Shown: piece after piece, positions 24,715 through 36,865 of the stretch
Numbering within the stretch: the first letter of the stretch is position 1
Layout: each line of letters opens with the position of its first letter
Source: Octopus sinensis
Lineage: Eukaryota
Assembly: GCF_006345805.1 (NCBI RefSeq)
Contig: NC_042997.1
Coordinates: 110,050,001-110,114,000 of the forward strand
Length of the DNA stretch: 64,000 bases
Direction of reading: 5' to 3'
The notes under the pieces: model-generated
Database searches by the model: none
Told to the model about the DNA's origin: nothing
The model's input: only the letters and a program-made list of their open reading frames with translations
Program-made: the position numbers and the translations under genes

Positions 24715-24792
24715 CCTCTGACGAGATTCAACTATATAATGATTGAATTATTTCAATTAATTTCTAAAGGCTGAATCGATACAGCTGTCGGG
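24715..24792 (+). ncRNA. Type-I hammerhead-like motif with one core substitution (GAUA for GAAA)
   Basis: CCT-CTGACGA-GATTCA...TGAATC-GATA-CAGCTG-TC-GGG; palindromic ACAGCTGT, GUC triplet. Confidence 0.65.
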
Positions 24793-24814
24793 GATTATGT
24801 CTGGTGTTGTTATT

Positions 24815-24887
<73 letters not shown>

Positions 24888-24890
<3 letters not shown>

Positions 24891-25081
24891 TAATCCCTCG
24901 AATTTTCACCTATCGCGGTGTTCACCGCGATAGGTGAAAATCCGAGAAATAGAAACAGTACTGTACTGTATATTTTTTATGATTATTTTTATAATTTGTA
25001 TTTATTTATTTTATTAGAAATGCAAAACAACACCACAGAGGAAGCTTAAATAATAAACCGCGATATGGCGAGGGATTACTG
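24888..25081. mobile_element. Tigger/pogo-like MITE (194 bp)
   Basis: Perfect TIR CAGTAATCCCTCG / CGAGGGATTACTG with TA on both sides. Confidence 0.92.
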
Positions 25082-26127
25082 TATGTACACACACACACAC
25101 ACACACACAAACATAAAACCAATATTTCACTCACACTTCATATTTATGGCCTATATTTGTTTTATAAGCTTTCTTAATGAATTCCCGTCTCGTCGTCGAA
25201 TGTCTCACTAACAATATCTTTCTTTTAAGTCACACTTCTATCACGTGGTTTGTTTATTTTTCTCTCAACATCTCTCAATAAAACCATTGAATTGTTTCGA
25301 CTCAGATGCCGCCGTGGTGTGTCTGCTTCCACAACTAGTCTAACCCTTCTTTTCCACAGCGACGTATGTTGCGGAGTGTTTTGCTGTAGTGGGAACCAAA
25401 CATGACTGGAATATTTACTCATTCAATGAAATAACAGACTTTTCTTTTTCTTTTTTTTTTTTTTGAATAATGGGTCAAATTGCTATTCGCTGCCGATCAT
25501 TAAATATCAGTAGATAATAATCAATAAAAACAATATAATTAAATGTAAGGTAATTAAGTCAAATTACATTGCTTGTTCAATAAAATATTTTCCAATAATT
25601 TATTTATTCATTTCTCTTTTGATTGCATATAAGATATTATGATGTTTATCGTTTTTATACAATGAAGAAGAATGAAGAAATTCTAATGAGAGAGAAAATG
25701 CTGTATGAACAGTGGAATATTTATTCTTCGTATTTTTTTAATGGAAAACTTACTCAAAAGAAGCTTTGTCTAAGTATGACAGAAATGTTTTATTAATAAT
25801 CTCCATTAATTACCAATCGTTGTTCTTCTTTACACACATCTCTCTTTATACTCGACTGTTGGTCTGTCTGTCTGTCTATTTCAATCTCGTCTCCATTAAC
25901 GCTCACAAACATTTAATCGTCCTCAATTCGTCAATTCGTCGCAATTGACGGTGTAGAACCAGTCCTTACACAGCTAATCGAACTTCTACGTCACCACTCG
26001 AAACTTATAGTAAGAGAAGGCGAATTCCTTCGAATCACGCCTAAGGGTTCAAAAAAGGAAAGGACGATCAGGGCGGGAAAGATTATGGGTTTGTTTGAGT
26101 GACCTAGGGTTAAATACCATCAATATT

Positions 26128-26357
26128 TAATTCTTTATTGCCCACAAGGGGCTAAACATAGAGGGGACAAACAATGACAGACATAGGTATTAAGTTGATT
26201 ACATCGACCCCAGTGCGTAACTGGTACTTATTTAATCGACTCCGAAAGGATGAAAGCAAAGTCGACCTCGGCGGAATTTGAACTCATAACGTAGCGGCAG
26301 ACGAAATACCACTAAGCATTTCGCCCGAAGTGCTAACGATTCTGCCAGCTCGCCGCC
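26128..26357 (-). mobile_element. SINE family B (Deu/Nin-domain-like), full length
   Basis: Reverse complement GGCGGCGAGCTGGCAGAATCGTTAGCAC...GAGTTCAAATTCCGCCGAGGTCGAC...AAAGAA tail. Confidence 0.93.
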
Positions 26358-26726
26358 TTAAATAACATTAATATTTTCACTCAGAACTTCAGAAGAGTGG
26401 ACCACTCAAGTAGCGGTTCATTAGTTGATTGTTTGCTTCGTGTCACATCGCTGCGTTCTTGGCCTGAACATTCTCAACAACCCAACTAATTTTCCTAGTC
26501 TAGACGCTGGTCACGCTTCATTAAAATTCTCTTCTTTCAAACACTTTATTTATTGCTTACTTACGAAGGGAGGACCCTTAATTATTTTTTTCTCAGGGAT
26601 CCCCACACAGGTGGAAGAAATAAGGGAGTTTTTCCGCAAGCCAGAGATTTAGCTCAAACTACTAAAACTTACTTAACTCGGCTTGAGGGTCAGGTGAGAG
26701 TGGCAGTGGTGGTGTTAAGTTGAGCA

Positions 26727-26960
26727 ACGGTGAGCTGGCAGAAACGTTAGCACGCCAGGCGAAATGCTTATCGGTATTTCGTCTGTTGCTACGTTCTGAG
26801 TTCAGATTCCGCCGAGGTCGACTTTGCCTTTCATCCTTTCGGGGTCGATAAATTAAGTACCAGTTACGTACTGGGGTCGATATAATCGACTTAATCCGTT
26901 TGTCTGTCCTTGCTTGTCCTCTCTGAGTTTAGCCCCTTGTGGGTAGTAAAGAAATAGGTA
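26727..26960 (+). mobile_element. SINE family B, full length
   Basis: Near-identical to 41616-41844. Confidence 0.93.
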
Positions 26961-27338
26961 TTTTGTCTTCCGCTACGTTCTGAGTTCAAATTCCGCCGAG
27001 GTCGACTTTGCCTTTCATTCTTTCGGGGTCGATTAAATAAATACCTATTTCTTTATTACCCACAAGGGGCTAAACATAGAGGGGACAAACAAGGACAGAC
27101 ATAGGTATTAAGTCGATTACATCGACCCCAGTGCGTTACTGGTACTAAATTTATCGACCCCGAAAGGATGAAAGGCAAAGTCGACCTCGGCGGAATTTGA
27201 ACTCACAACGTAACGACAGACGAAATACGGCATAAGTACCAGTTACGCACTGGGGTCGACATAATCGACTTAATCTGTTTGTCTGTCCTTGTTTGTCCCC
27301 TCTGTGTGTAACCCCTTGTGGGCAGTAAAGAAATAAGA
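26957..27338 (+). mobile_element. 5'-truncated SINE B split by a nested minus-strand SINE B (27041-27231)
   Basis: Consensus breaks at GTCGATTAAATAA and resumes at ATAAGTACCAG; ATAA duplicated at 27037-40 and 27232-35. Confidence 0.88.
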
Positions 27339-28569
27339 TACATCATCTGTCATGATGCCACGCCGCTTAGAAATACCCCAAGAAATCTTGTCCGGTGGTT
27401 TTACAAACTGCTTCACTATCTTGATATTTATTTTAACGACGTGAAAAGAAGGAAATACAAAATTGGTTCCGGTGGGATTTAATCTCAAAGCGCAAAAGCA
27501 TGCACTGCAATATTGTTCCAACGATCAACGGACTGTGTTAATTTATTGCATGGAAGACTGGGAAATGTTTCGTATTTATCCTCGTGTTTCTGTCGGACGA
27601 TGATCGTGTCTTATAATTAATTTAGATTTTCATTGGATTATAACGTAATTATTTGCCATTGTTTGCATGTAATTTCCTATATCCTGTCAAAGACCCTCCC
27701 TGCTTTGTCTGTAAATTATCCAATCTTTTGCTCCATTGGCACCACTCTTCTTTCTCTATAACGTAACACTATGCAGGAAATATTTATGATAAAAACTCTA
27801 AGACACCTTTTCGACACCTTTTCTCTCGTCCATAGTAATTTTGTCATTAGTGCTTTGTAGACTTTTCCCATTAAATATTTACTCCGACATTTTGTTAATG
27901 TTTGTTCAATGAACGGTTATTGGTGTTGGCAATACAAATAAGTGTTGTTGTATTAGACATCTAATTCCAGTGGATCATTACACCATTAGATTGAAAACAA
28001 TGCCTTCACATGCATATTGAGCGTGTAATTAGGAAACCCAGAATAGCTAACAATACCTGCAGTTTCCCATTTCCTTCCTAATTCAGTCTCTGCTTCTCTC
28101 CTTATCATTGTTCATGTATATTTGAGCCATACTTGTTTTCCTATGATTAAATGTACTTTTACAGTTGGTTCTTTTCAGTTCATTTTCTTTTTACAGAAAT
28201 CTATTTACTTTCATTTCGTGGTGTTAATTCTTAATTCCTTATAACATAAATAAATTTTCTCTCTTTTGGTGGATTAGCTTTTGTATCTATGCCAGTGGCT
28301 GTTTTTTTTTCTTGTACAAATTCTTTCTTATAATGACTGCTATCCCTCGCCACATTATTTATAAAATTCTCAACTTACTCATTTCAATTCAACAGACGAA
28401 ATTGCATCTATTTCGGTAAATACTCTATTCCTGGTATTTATTCCTAACATTTGAAGAAATGTTTCGTTTTCTGTCAGCTTCACTTTATCATTTCACTTCT
28501 TTTGTTTCTATGGGGAGCAGGGGGTCTAACAAATTCATCTTTTGGAAGTGCAACTTGGTGGCTTCATAT

Positions 28570-28905
28570 CGAGATAAACAGCGTACGACCTTGAAGGTAG
28601 GGCCTAGTTAAAATTTTTTCAGGTCGAGTAGCCCACCTTGTACAAGAGGTCCCCGAATCAGGGTTGTTTAAGGATCATGAACGAAACACGCTTCCAGAAG
28701 TGAATTATTTAAATCGCAAATAATCCATTTCAATACATGGCTATGATGCTCTCCTACAATTCCTGTTCATGAACAGAGACAATTGAAAAGCAAACCTGCG
28801 GTATTGAGTAGAATATTTGCTGTAACCCATCTTTTACACCAAGACAAGACATGCACGCAATAACACTTCGAATAAGTTAAGATCAGAAGCCATTAGAGTC
28901 ACATC
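28570..28905. repeat. Interspersed repeat of unknown class
   Basis: TCAGGTCGAGTAGCCC..AGGGTTGTTTAAGGA..GGTATTGAGTAGAATATTTGCTG..GTTAAGATCAGAAGCC recognised from memory as a common octopus repeat; single copy here. Confidence 0.45.
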
Positions 28906-28934
28906 TTAGTAATGGATAAGGAAATACATTATTA

Positions 28935-29125
28935 TTTGTTTTTTCTTCTTTCTTCAAATTTACTGTAGACGCCTTGAGATGCCACATTTTTTCAATTTCT
29001 ATTAGCAAGTCTTTATATTTACTGGTCTTTTAGCCCTGAGCTTCGTAACCATTGGTGCGTGTGTTTCTGGTCGACATTAGCTTGTTTGCTATGGGCCACA
29101 TACTTGCCATGCAGAGGTTTCTGTT
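28935..29125 (-). mobile_element. R4/Dong-like fragment (family F3, RLE + 3' tail, internally deleted)
   Basis: KYKDLLIEIEKMWHLK-type sequence homologous to 31200-31270. Confidence 0.75.
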
Positions 29126-29129
29126 CCCA

Positions 29130-29786
29130 TCTGCAAGCTAATTTTCATGTGCTTTTGTCTTTGCAATTAATTTTATTTTCTTTGTAGCTGCAGTTGGCGC
29201 ATTTCCTTCAGCCTGCTCAATCTGGTGGGTATCTAAGAGATCAGCAGCGAATTTTTTGCTCTCTTTGAGAATAGAGTGAAGTTTTTTAGGTCTTTCATGT
29301 TTTTCGACACAAGTTTTAGCATCCAATCGTTGGTTGCTTCAAGGTATTTGGCCAGTCCCATTGTGGTGGTTTGGGACGTAAGTTCAGGCTGGATCAAACC
29401 TCGTCCTCCCTGAAAGTAAAGACGATCCACGTCTGCCTTTGGATGGTGCATCTTATTACTAGTCAGTAGGTTGCGGATTTTCCTGTCAATTTTCTTTATT
29501 TCACTGGTATTCCAATTAAGCACATTGAAGCTATAAAGAACAACTGGGACTGCTAATGAATTTATGGCTAACACCTTATTATATGCAATCAGCTCAGATT
29601 TCAGGATTGCTCGAGCTTTTCTATAACATTCCTTCCTAACCTTCTCTTTCATGCTTGCATGCTGGATACCAGAGCCTTCATTTATTCCTAGGTATTTATA
29701 GGTTTGTTCCTTTATTACTGTTTCGACATCTAATTCGATTGAACTAGACCTTACCACGTCTGCCTTTGGATGGTGCATCTTATTAC
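29130..29786 (-). mobile_element. R4/Dong-like RT C-terminal/thumb fragment
   Basis: YKYLG, KVLAINSLAVPVVLYSF, MHHPKADVDRLY, GGRGLI. Confidence 0.88.
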
Positions 29787-30100
29787 AAGTCGTGAGTTTG
29801 TACTCTTTGTCAAGTCACAACAAGGACCTCAGACAGACAGTACTTTACGCAATATTCGTGCAGTTCTAAGTAATGCTGACTTTTGCAATACATCTAGATT
29901 GTAGAGTATTTATAAGGTTTTCAGATGTTTCTTTCAGATTGGTTGGTATTGAACCCAATGCTCCGATGACAATAGGGATAACCTGTATGTTTGATTCTCG
30001 TAGCTGCCACATCTTAGCGAATCCTGTTGTTGTTATTTTCCAGTTGTGTTGTTTCACAGAATTAGTGTTATGGCACAGCGATCCATAACCCACCGTCTGA
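29787..30100 (-). mobile_element. R4/Dong-like 3' end fragment
   Basis: WQLRESNIQVIPIVIGALGSIP...LLRTARILRKVLSV* followed by a short UTR. Confidence 0.75.
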
Positions 30101-30429
30101 GACGAGCAATAGTTTATACCTTCAATATAACCGCGTCTTTCTATTATTCATATCTTTTCTTACTTTGTCTTGAAAACTTTACTTATAATTCTTGCTCAAC
30201 CAAGTAGGACCTTTCTACACCCTCCCCTCCAGATTAAGATCAAATTCTTCTAGGTTTACTCTAAAATCTTTTGTTACCGTTTTCAAAGGTTCAAAAGATA
30301 ATCGGCAGATTATGACCTTCTTAACTGTTTGTTTCAGTTGTTCAAGATTTCATTCTTCAAATTGGTATAACACTCCCGCTCCGGTGTTGTTTCTGCTGGC
30401 ATTAACATTGCAAGGTATCAAGTTATACC

Positions 30430-30710
30430 TGCCAATTTTAAATATCTTGCACGTGTCTTATAGTCTTGGTTGAAGTCAAGCGTACAGGCTTTCTGTAGAA
30501 GCAGGAAAGTTATCCCAATATCCAATATCCCCAATTAGCAATTGTTTCTAAATTTCCTATTAAAATTGGGATAATGGTAAGTTTACAACAATTCCAGATT
30601 CCTTCAGGTTCATATTTTAGGTCCTGATATTTGTCTATTATCTCGCGTTCTTTGTTTACCATTCTTACGTAAAGAAACAGACGACTCTTTTCTCTTTATT
30701 GAGTAAGACA
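30430..30710 (-). mobile_element. Highly degenerate R4/Dong-like RLE 3' fragment
   Basis: VNKEREIIDKYQDLKYE..IWNCCKLTIIPILIGNL in my translation. Confidence 0.5.
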
Positions 30711-30789
30711 ATATTATTGTTGTTTGTGTTGTTCTGGTTGCTGTATTATCCTCTTCATCGGTATTATCTTCGCCACTGGCGTTGTTAAA

Positions 30790-30839
<50 letters not shown>

Positions 30840-30877
30840 CGGTATTATTATTATTATTATCATTATTACTATTATTA
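30790..30877. repeat. (ATT)n microsatellite
   Basis: Directly visible. Confidence 0.95.
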
Positions 30878-31508
30878 CTTTTTTTTTTCTTCTTTCAAAT
30901 TTTCTTCCATTTCTTGCCGAGTGTCTTCCCGTCTTCTAGAGCAAAGAAACTCATAGTGTATATTGGTAGGCCATTAAACCAAACTCAGTAGTTCGTTCAT
31001 TTTTTTTTTATTTTTTTTTTAAGTTAAATTAAAATGCATGAGCAGCAACAGTTCTCACATCGACAATGCTCTTCTCAATACGTGTGATGTACCAGTTAAG
31101 ACAATCTTTTGCACTTCTTGCAGGGATGGTAAGCCAGGGATCATTCTCATATAATTTTCGGTTCCCTTCTTGATCATTCCTAGTGCTCCTACGATCACTG
31201 GTATTGTAACCGCCTTGAGATGCCACATTTTCTCAATTTCAATGAGTAGGTCTTTATATTTTCTGAGCTTGTCAAACTCTTTCGCTGAGATATTATGATC
31301 ACAGGGGATGCTCATGTCGATCAATAAGCAAACTTTATTGTTTTGGTCTTTCACAACAATATCTGGTTTATTGGCCTTGATGGTTCGGTCTGTATGTACT
31401 GGAAAGTCCCACAGAATGGTTACATTTTCTCCTTCAGTTACAGCCTCAGGGTGGTGATTATACCACTTGTCGGCAGTTTTGATATTGTAATGCCGACTTA
31501 TTAGCCAT
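30878..31508 (-). mobile_element. 5'-truncated R4/Dong-like element (F3) with (ATT)n on both sides
   Basis: WDFPVHTDRTIKANKPDIVVKD..CLLIDMSIP..KYKDL..IVGALG..HVLRRALSM* and a 3' UTR shared with 41295-41380. Confidence 0.92.
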
Positions 31509-31565
31509 TATTACTATTATTATTATTATTATTATTATTATCATTATTATTATTATTATTATCAC

Positions 31566-31625
<60 letters not shown>

Positions 31626-31627
31626 CA
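31509..31627. repeat. (ATT)n microsatellite
   Basis: Directly visible. Confidence 0.95.
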
Positions 31628-31649
31628 TATTCGTAATATTAAGGCTGCA

Positions 31650-31885
31650 TGCCGGAAAAATCGTTAGTGAGCCGGACAAAATGCTTTGCTGCATTTTGTT
31701 CGTCTTTACGTTCTGGGTTCAAATTCCATTCTAAGTTCAAATTCTATTCCGAGTTCAATTTCCACCGATTTTACCTTCCATCCTTTCGGGGCCGATAAAA
31801 TAAGTACCAGTTGAGCCTCGGGATCGATGTAATCGACCCCCTCCCCCACCCTTCAAAATTTCAGACCTTGCGCCTATACACTAAA
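31650..31885 (+). mobile_element. SINE family B-related copy with triplicated GTTCAAATTC
   Basis: CATCCTTTCGGGGCCGATAAAATAAGTACCAG domain. Confidence 0.7.
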
Positions 31886-32269
31886 GGACCATCGTTATTA
31901 TTATTTATATCGGAGACAAATTTTGTGAGTTGAAACCCAACAAGCATATCCCAACCAATCAATGTTCTTCTCACATCTTTGTTATCAGTTCCATTTTTGA
32001 GCAACTTCCAAGAAATGCAGTTTTGTTTTTTTGTTTTTCTTCGACCTTCTTCAAGATTTCATTTTCTTCATTGAATCTACCGAGAACCTCCACTACAAAT
32101 GATACATTTTTTGCTATAACCTACTGCTCCACACATTTACAAATTCTTTCAAATTTTGGCAATTTCTGAAACTTATTGCCGATAACAATCTCAGCCCTTT
32201 TACCTAAATCACTTGATCACAATGGAACCAAAATAGCACAGAAAGTTAACACACTTTTCCACGGCATTC

Positions 32270-32540
32270 GTCGCTGTTTATAGCATCAATCAATTCTTTA
32301 TAAATTCTATATTTTGACAAGGCTTCTAATAAATAATGGAAGGTTGTCCTGCCTTCTTCTTTTGCATTCTCTTTCTATAATTTTACGGCCTTCTTTCACA
32401 ATGTACTTAAAACATCCACTTTTTTCACTACAAAGTTTATGTGTGGTTGAACTTTCGTAACGTTGTGACATTTCAACATAGTTTGTTCCAAGTGCTTGTT
32501 TTTCAGCCAAGTAAACGTTCCAGTTCCAATGCTTAAATCA
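32270..32540 (-). mobile_element. Degenerate R4/Dong-like zinc-finger-region fragment
   Basis: AEKQALGTNYV...HKLCSEK..IVKE..ERECKRRRQDN resembles AQEQAL-T-Y / CCHC / RH(D)N. Confidence 0.5.
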
Positions 32541-32780
32541 GATATTCGAATCTGCCACCATCATTATTTTGCCCGCGAGCCGTGAGAAAAAGGACATTAC
32601 GTTCGGAGCGAATCTTTTGAGAGGGAACGATTTCTAAAACCTGTGGTATCTTATGTCTGTGTCGAGACTGCAACAAACCCACGCTTTAATATTCATAATG
32701 TATCATGGACCGGTCTATACTGTGTGTTTTTGTTTTTGTTGTTGATTAATTCATCAGTTGACGTAATAAAAAGACATATT

Positions 32781-33292
32781 ACTCTTTTACTCTTTTACTT
32801 ATTTCAGTTATTTGACTGCGGCCACGCTGGAGCACCTTTAGTCGAAGAACTCGACCCCAGGACTTACCCTTTGTAAACCTAGTACTTATTCTATCGGTCT
32901 CTTTTGCCGAACCGGTAGCTTACGGGGATGTAAACACACCAGAATCGGTTGTCAAGCGACGTTGGGGGACAAACACAGACTGACAAACATATACACACTC
33001 ACACACACACACACACATACATACATACATACATACATACATACATACATACATACATACATACATACATACATACATACATGCATACATACATACATAC
33101 ATACATGCATACATACACACACACACATATACGACGGCCTTCTTTCAGTTTCCGTCTACCAAATCCACTTACAAGGCTTTGGTTGGCCCGAGGCTATAGT
33201 AGAAGACACTTGCCCAAGATGCCACGCAGTAGGACTGAACCCGGAACCATGTGGTTGGTAAGCAAGCTACTTACCACATAGCCACTCCTGCG
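32781..33292 (-). mobile_element. SINE family A, full length, with internal (CA)/(TACA)n
   Basis: Head GTGGCTATGTGGTAAGTAGCTTGCTTACCAACCACATGGTTCCGGGTTCAGTCC; tail (TAAAAGAG)n. Confidence 0.93.
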
Positions 33293-34106
33293 TCTATATT
33301 GTTCATTATACACAATATATACTTGCATTATTTATTCCCTAACATATATAGTCACTTTCTTTATTCACTTAAATATAGAACTATATATTGTTCGTTCACT
33401 AGCATAATGTTACCTGGCCATATTTTTTCATTCCCTACCTGGTGATTAAGGTGATAACACTTTCTCTGTCACCTTGATTTGTCTTTTTATATTCGTTTGT
33501 TCATTTGGCTTTGTTTGTTGTATCTTTTTATTGTCCTTAATGTTTATTTGTCTCTTTTTTCTTATTCTCGTATATTTAATAATATTTTGTACCTCATAAT
33601 CAGGTGTAATATGCATTCAATAATATCGATCGGTTGTATCCACTGAGATCGCTCCGTTTCTTTGTTTTTGCTTTTTAATTAAAATGTTCAATCTACCATA
33701 TTTTGTTTATTTCAAACGCTGACATTTATAGACACGGATGATGTTTGTACACCTTCAGCGTCGAAATAATTATATGTTCTATAAGGAGTAAGTGTCAATT
33801 GCACATACAGAGCTCTATATAACATCACGTTCTTCATCTTCTCCTTAATTTTTCTTCTGCGCTTTCGGCGATATAAAGGATTTATTTCAGATTTCACACG
33901 ACCTGTGCCCACATATCCACATTGCAAGAATATCTTTCATTAACATAGAATCTATACTTAAACGTGTTTGTTGTCATCCCATGTTAATACGCCCAGGCGG
34001 TCAACTATGCTTCTACGTCCACGTTGTTATTTATGCTTATTCATTCACCAGCTTTGTCTTCTTTTCCTTCTTTTTCTTCTCTTCTTCTTCATTTCCTTTT
34101 TCTACT

Positions 34107-34813
34107 TCTTGTGCGCGCGGAGTGACGAAACCGTTCTGCACGCTCTCGTTCAGTGTCCTGGCATTGCTGACTAGTTGGGTTACGTCGAACAGTTGCTTTC
34201 ACGTGTGGGACGAATCCGTCTGTCGGCTGAGTCTGTATTGATGATGGCACCGCCGCTCTCCTTCAATTGGGCAGACAAAACAGTTTTCCTTTGCCTTATG
34301 GCTATAACGAAAGAAGCGGTTTGGCGGACAGGGCTGAGGCATGAGGACAGATACATTCCTTTTTGGTAGAGCTATCGTTGACTTCTTCGAGTTTCACTCG
34401 AAGAGGAAACTGGGAGTGAGGAGGAAAATGCTGTCCTCGAGTGAGTTTATTGAAAGGTGGGTGAAAGTTGCGGAAATAGTAAGAGTGGATGGTAGTTCTC
34501 TTAGTTTAGGCCTGTGGGTCGGAGGGATGGAATTATAGCGGGTACTCGCTCTTGGGCTTTCAGGAAAATCTCGGACAGTGGGGTTCTTCGATGTTCCCCA
34601 GAGACCTTTCTATATCAGGAGGTACACATCTCTCTCATCCTCCCCGCCACTTTTTTCTTTAACCTTTGTATGCTATGCATATGTCCCTTATATTTCATTG
34701 TGTACCGAGTATATTTCCTTTCTTTCTTTCTTTCCTTTTTTATCATTTCAACACTTTATGTCTGACTTTGTATTGTCCCTCTGATCCTTCGTTCTTGTGG
34801 AAAATAAAGGAAC
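34107..34813 (+). mobile_element. 5'-truncated Tx1/L1-clade LINE 3' end (ORF2 C-terminal zinc finger + 3' UTR)
   Basis: CARSDETVLHALVQC, KEAVWRT, FFEFHSKRK...LSSSEFIERWV; stops and frameshift; ends at AATAAAGG. Confidence 0.72.
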
Positions 34814-34814
34814 T

Positions 34815-34944
<130 letters not shown>

Positions 34945-35797
34945 TTTCTATGTTTGACTTTTGCTTTATATTTGTACAAGTCTCGCTCAGGGACCTACAG
35001 ACACAACAAATTGGAAGTTCATGTTGGTGTTATGCCTAGGGTGATATATATTTGGTTTTGTACATAGTGTTGTTCTAGAGAATGTTTAAGAAACCATAAG
35101 AAAATTATGTTTGTTTTATAACTTGAGATTACATAGAAAGTATTTTGCATAGGATATGAGTAGTTCCCATGAGCACTATCTTTTGAATATCTGCCATTTT
35201 GGGGTTTCCTGGTATCTGAGTTAGGTAGCAATCAGCCCCTTTTGCTATCATTCCCAGGGCACCTATGACAACAGGTATTGTTTTAGTCTTCAGGTTCCAC
35301 ATTTTGCTGATTTCTATTTCAAGATCTTTATATTTGCTCAGTTTTTGGTAGGTCTAAACAGATACGTTTATATCGATTGGGACAGTCATATCAATGAGGA
35401 GGCATGTTCTTTGCCTGAAGTCTTTCAATATGATGTCTGGCCTATTTGCATCTATCTTTCTGTCGGTTTGAATGGGGAAGTTCCAAAGGAGTGAGATATG
35501 GTCATTTTCAAGCACTAGAGGTGGTTTGTGTTCCCACCAGTTTTTTTCATGGGACAAATCTAGGTTTTTTCAGATTACCCAGTGAATATATTGTGCAGCT
35601 CTATCATGCCTGTTGAGATACTCTGTAGGCGCTAGAAGATTGCACTTGGAGACAACATGATCAATGGTTTCATTTTGTTGTTGACATACACGACATGTTG
35701 GGCTACTGCCGTTCTTTAATATGTTGGCCTGGTAGTTCCTTGTTGGTAGGCATTGATCTTGAGCTGCTATGATAAACCCCATTCCTTGATAAACCCT
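34945..35797 (-). mobile_element. 5'-truncated R4/Dong-like element (F2) with (ATT)n on both sides
   Basis: GFIIAAQDQCLPTRNY, CRVC..ETIDHVVSKC, RHD, ANRPDIILKD, IDMTVP, then a 3' UTR. Confidence 0.93.
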
Positions 35798-36041
35798 TAT
35801 TATTATTATTATTATTACTGTTATTGTTATTATTATTATTGTTATTGTTATTGCTATTGTTATTGTTATTGTTATTGTTATTGTTGTTGTTGTTGTTGTT
35901 ATTATGATTATTATTATTATTATTTATTATTTATTATTATTATTAATTATTATTATTATTATTATTTTATTATTATTATTATTATTATTATTATATTATT
36001 ATTATTATTATTATTATATTATTATTATTATTATTATTATT
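35798..36041. repeat. (ATT)/(GTT)n microsatellite
   Basis: Directly visible. Confidence 0.95.
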
Positions 36042-36290
36042 CAGTAGTTCTATTTTTATAGCGTGCTTTCACTTCACTACCGACCGCAGCTCTGTGTGCC
36101 TTAGGTATGTGCTGTGATTTGTTGTGATGCTCTGATGGTTATTGTATGGAAAGTGTTCTGTGTAGGTTTTGTTCAATGCCTAGTAGTACAATTTTCTGTA
36201 TGTTATATGTGTTATATGTTATGTATTTGTCTGAATATTTTTTTATCATGCCTAATGCACCTACTATGATAGGAATTGTTTCTATCTAAG
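36042..36290 (-). mobile_element. 3' end of R4/Dong-like element (F8)
   Basis: Homologous to 42169-42430 including the terminal UTR CAGTAGTT..AGCGTGCTTTCACTTCACTACCGA. Confidence 0.88.
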
Positions 36291-36865
36291 GACACAGATC
36301 GTGTCGTATAGCTAGTTGGAGACGATGTTTTCTGGGGCTAAATTACCCCAACAGTCATCCTAAATCAGGACTACCATGTTATGTTGGCAAACAATCTTTA
36401 CTCCAAAAAGCTCATACCTCTTGTTAGTCTCCTCAAACCTTGCCCAGTTCCATTAACAATTCCGCCTTCATATCATTAGTCTTGGATTTCTTTCTCCTAA
36501 ACCAGTGGTTCTGAAACCGGGGTCCGCAGTCCACTTGGAGACTGCGAAGCGGTTTTAGGGGGACTGCGAAGCGGTTTTAGGGGACCGCGAAGGAACGCTG
36601 ACGTATTGTGAAAACAGGGTGGTTTGAAACAGTTAAGTTTTAAAATTTCAAGATTTTCAATTTTTTGCATGCTATCGTCCTTTTTTATCATTTGACCCCA
36701 AACGTCCACATCACTCCTACACACTCGATTGGCAGATAGAAAATATGCGGGTATAAAGGTTGATCGTGTACGTGCTGTCGGTATTTTTCTTTTCACATTT
36801 GTTTTGTAAACAACTGATCAACTGATTCCCCATATTTTCACGTGCATTTATTGTATCCCAATAAG

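Noticed and set aside
27600-28500. Possible decayed LINE APE endonuclease on the minus strand (also GDFN at ~48325)
   Set aside because: Only isolated motif resemblances among many stops; needs an HMM
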